In this document: one piece after another, positions 62,181 to 64,000 of the stretch
Layout of the letters: each line of letters opens with the position of its first letter
How positions within the stretch are numbered: position 1 is the first letter of the stretch
Assembly (NCBI RefSeq): GCF_006345805.1
Contig: NC_043010.1
Coordinates: 66,340,001-66,404,000 of the forward strand
Origin: Octopus sinensis
Taxonomy: Eukaryota
DNA length: 64,000 bases
Direction: 5' to 3'
The notes under the pieces: model-generated
Told to the model about the DNA's origin: nothing
Database searches by the model: none
The model's input: the letters and a program-made list of their open reading frames with translations, nothing else
Translations under genes and position numbers: made by a program

Positions 62181-62395
62181 CTTTTTACTTGTTTCAGTCA
62201 TTTGACTGCGGCCATGCTGGAGCACCGCCTTTAGTCGAGCAAATCGACCCCGGGACTTATTCTTTGTAAGCCCAGTACTTATTCTATCGGTCTCTTTTCC
62301 CGAACCGTTAAGGGACGGGGACGTAAACACATCAGCATCGGTTCTCAAGCAATGCTAGGGGACAACACAGACCCACAAACATATACACACACACA

Positions 62396-62481
<86 letters not shown>

Positions 62482-62647
62482 TACGACAGGCTTCTTTCAG
62501 TTTCCGTCTACCAAATCTACTCACAAGGCTTTGGTCAGCCCGAGGCTATAGCAGAAGACACTTGTCCAAGATGCCACGCAGTGGGACTGAACCCAGAACC
62601 ATGTGGCTGGTTAGCAAGCTACTTACCACACAGCCACTCCTGCGCCT
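62181..62647 (-). mobile_element. SINE family A full-length copy
   Basis: Near-identical to 991-1421. Confidence 0.88.
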
Positions 62648-64000
62648 GTCTGTTTCTTTTTTTTAAGAAAAATGTTATTGGTGTTTCTACGTTTAATAAT
62701 TTGAACGGCTGAATAGGGACGGGTAATTTTGGCCTGTCACCACCACCACCATCATCATTTAACGTCTGTTTCCATGCTGGCATGGGTTGGTCGGTTTGAC
62801 AGGAATTGACCAGCCAGGGAGCTGTGCAGGCTCCCAGTTGTCTGTTGTGGCCATGCTTTTACTACAGCCAGATGCCCTTCCTAACATCACTGTGTGCTGG
62901 ACGCCTACTATGTGCTCCCTGCACGAGTGCATTTTATCTGGTACTAGCAAACTGCAAAGAACAAATCTGTATGTGTGGAGGACAGTGATTTTACTCAACT
63001 TGACCTGCCTTCTCAAATACAGCAAATTGCCACAACTCCTAGTTCTTTATCTTTTTTTTCCAGTTTTTAAATTTTTAAACATATTTTTAACCACCAAGGA
63101 GTTGAAAGCCTAGTACTTAGCGTTGGGTCAACCAAAGTCTTGTGAATGGGTTTGGTAGAATAACAGGTCCAACTTACACAGAGTTTACACACAAGTACAT
63201 ACATGATGATTGCTTCATCTTGACATGATGGTCTCCCATCAACACACACACAATCATACATACATACATACATTATGGCTGCCCCCTTGTTATCGAGTAT
63301 GGCCATTGCACAAAGCTTATCTGTTACTGGTGCTGTGATCGAATGTGACATACATATATACATACATACATACATACATTCATGAGGGACCATGGCCTTT
63401 CTCTGAGAGTCTCTGACACTGATGGAGGAATGAAAGCGAGAGAGAAAGGCATTATGGAACTAGTAACTAGTATCAGTGGTTGCAGCTGTGAGAACTCTCC
63501 TAAAGACACCCTAAGACATGTACTGCAGAGTTGAATTCAATTGAGCACCGTCTCTCTCTCCCTCCACAGTGTAGGACTCCAGTTGACCTTGCCCCCACCC
63601 AGATTTGTGACTTACGCCAAAGCAAGCAATTTACTCTTTTACTTGTTTGTCATTTGGCTGTGACCATGCTAGAGAGCACTGCCTTGAAGGATTTTAGTCG
63701 AACAAGTCAACCTCCAGGACTCTTGTTTTTTTTTTAAAGCTTAACACTTACTCTTGGTCCTTTTTGGTGAACTGCGAAGTTATGGGAATGTAAACACACC
63801 AACACTGGTTGTCAAGCGGTGATGGGAAAACAAACAAACACACACAGGCATATATATATATAAAATGCGTGGCTGTGTGGTAAGAAGCTTGCTTCCCAAC
63901 CACATGGTTCCAGGTTCAGTCCCGCTGTGTGGCACCTCAGGCAAGTGTCTTCTGCTATAGCGTCGGGCTAATCAAAGCCTTGTGAATGGGTTTGGTAGAC

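Overview
AT-rich eukaryotic genomic DNA, most likely an octopus (inferred from the tRNA-derived SINE families and dense (TA)n/(CA)n microsatellites). It holds one protein-coding gene on the + strand: canonical poly(A) polymerase (PAPOLA/PAPOLG-like). I reconstructed 24 coding exons from 17285 to 53385, totalling 2577 nt (858 aa plus stop). The catalytic core is intact and one intron needs a GC donor. The most unusual feature is the C-terminal regulatory tail. It contains six tandemly duplicated phase-0 exons of 99-102 nt, each encoding a basic NLS-like motif plus S/T-P (Cdk-type) sites, apparently an amplification of the single NLS2/Cdk module of vertebrate PAP. The rest of the window is intronic or intergenic repeat. 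It includes three abundant SINE-like families, TTAA (piggyBac-type), hAT and mariner MITEs, two non-autonomous Helitrons, decayed RTE and CR1/L2 LINE fragments, and several short elements with hammerhead-ribozyme-like cores, two of them arranged as fold-back palindromes. The first exon and promoter were not identified. Nearly all ORFs in the supplied track are microsatellite or SINE artefacts. All alignments and family assignments were made by eye or from memory; no database searches were run.
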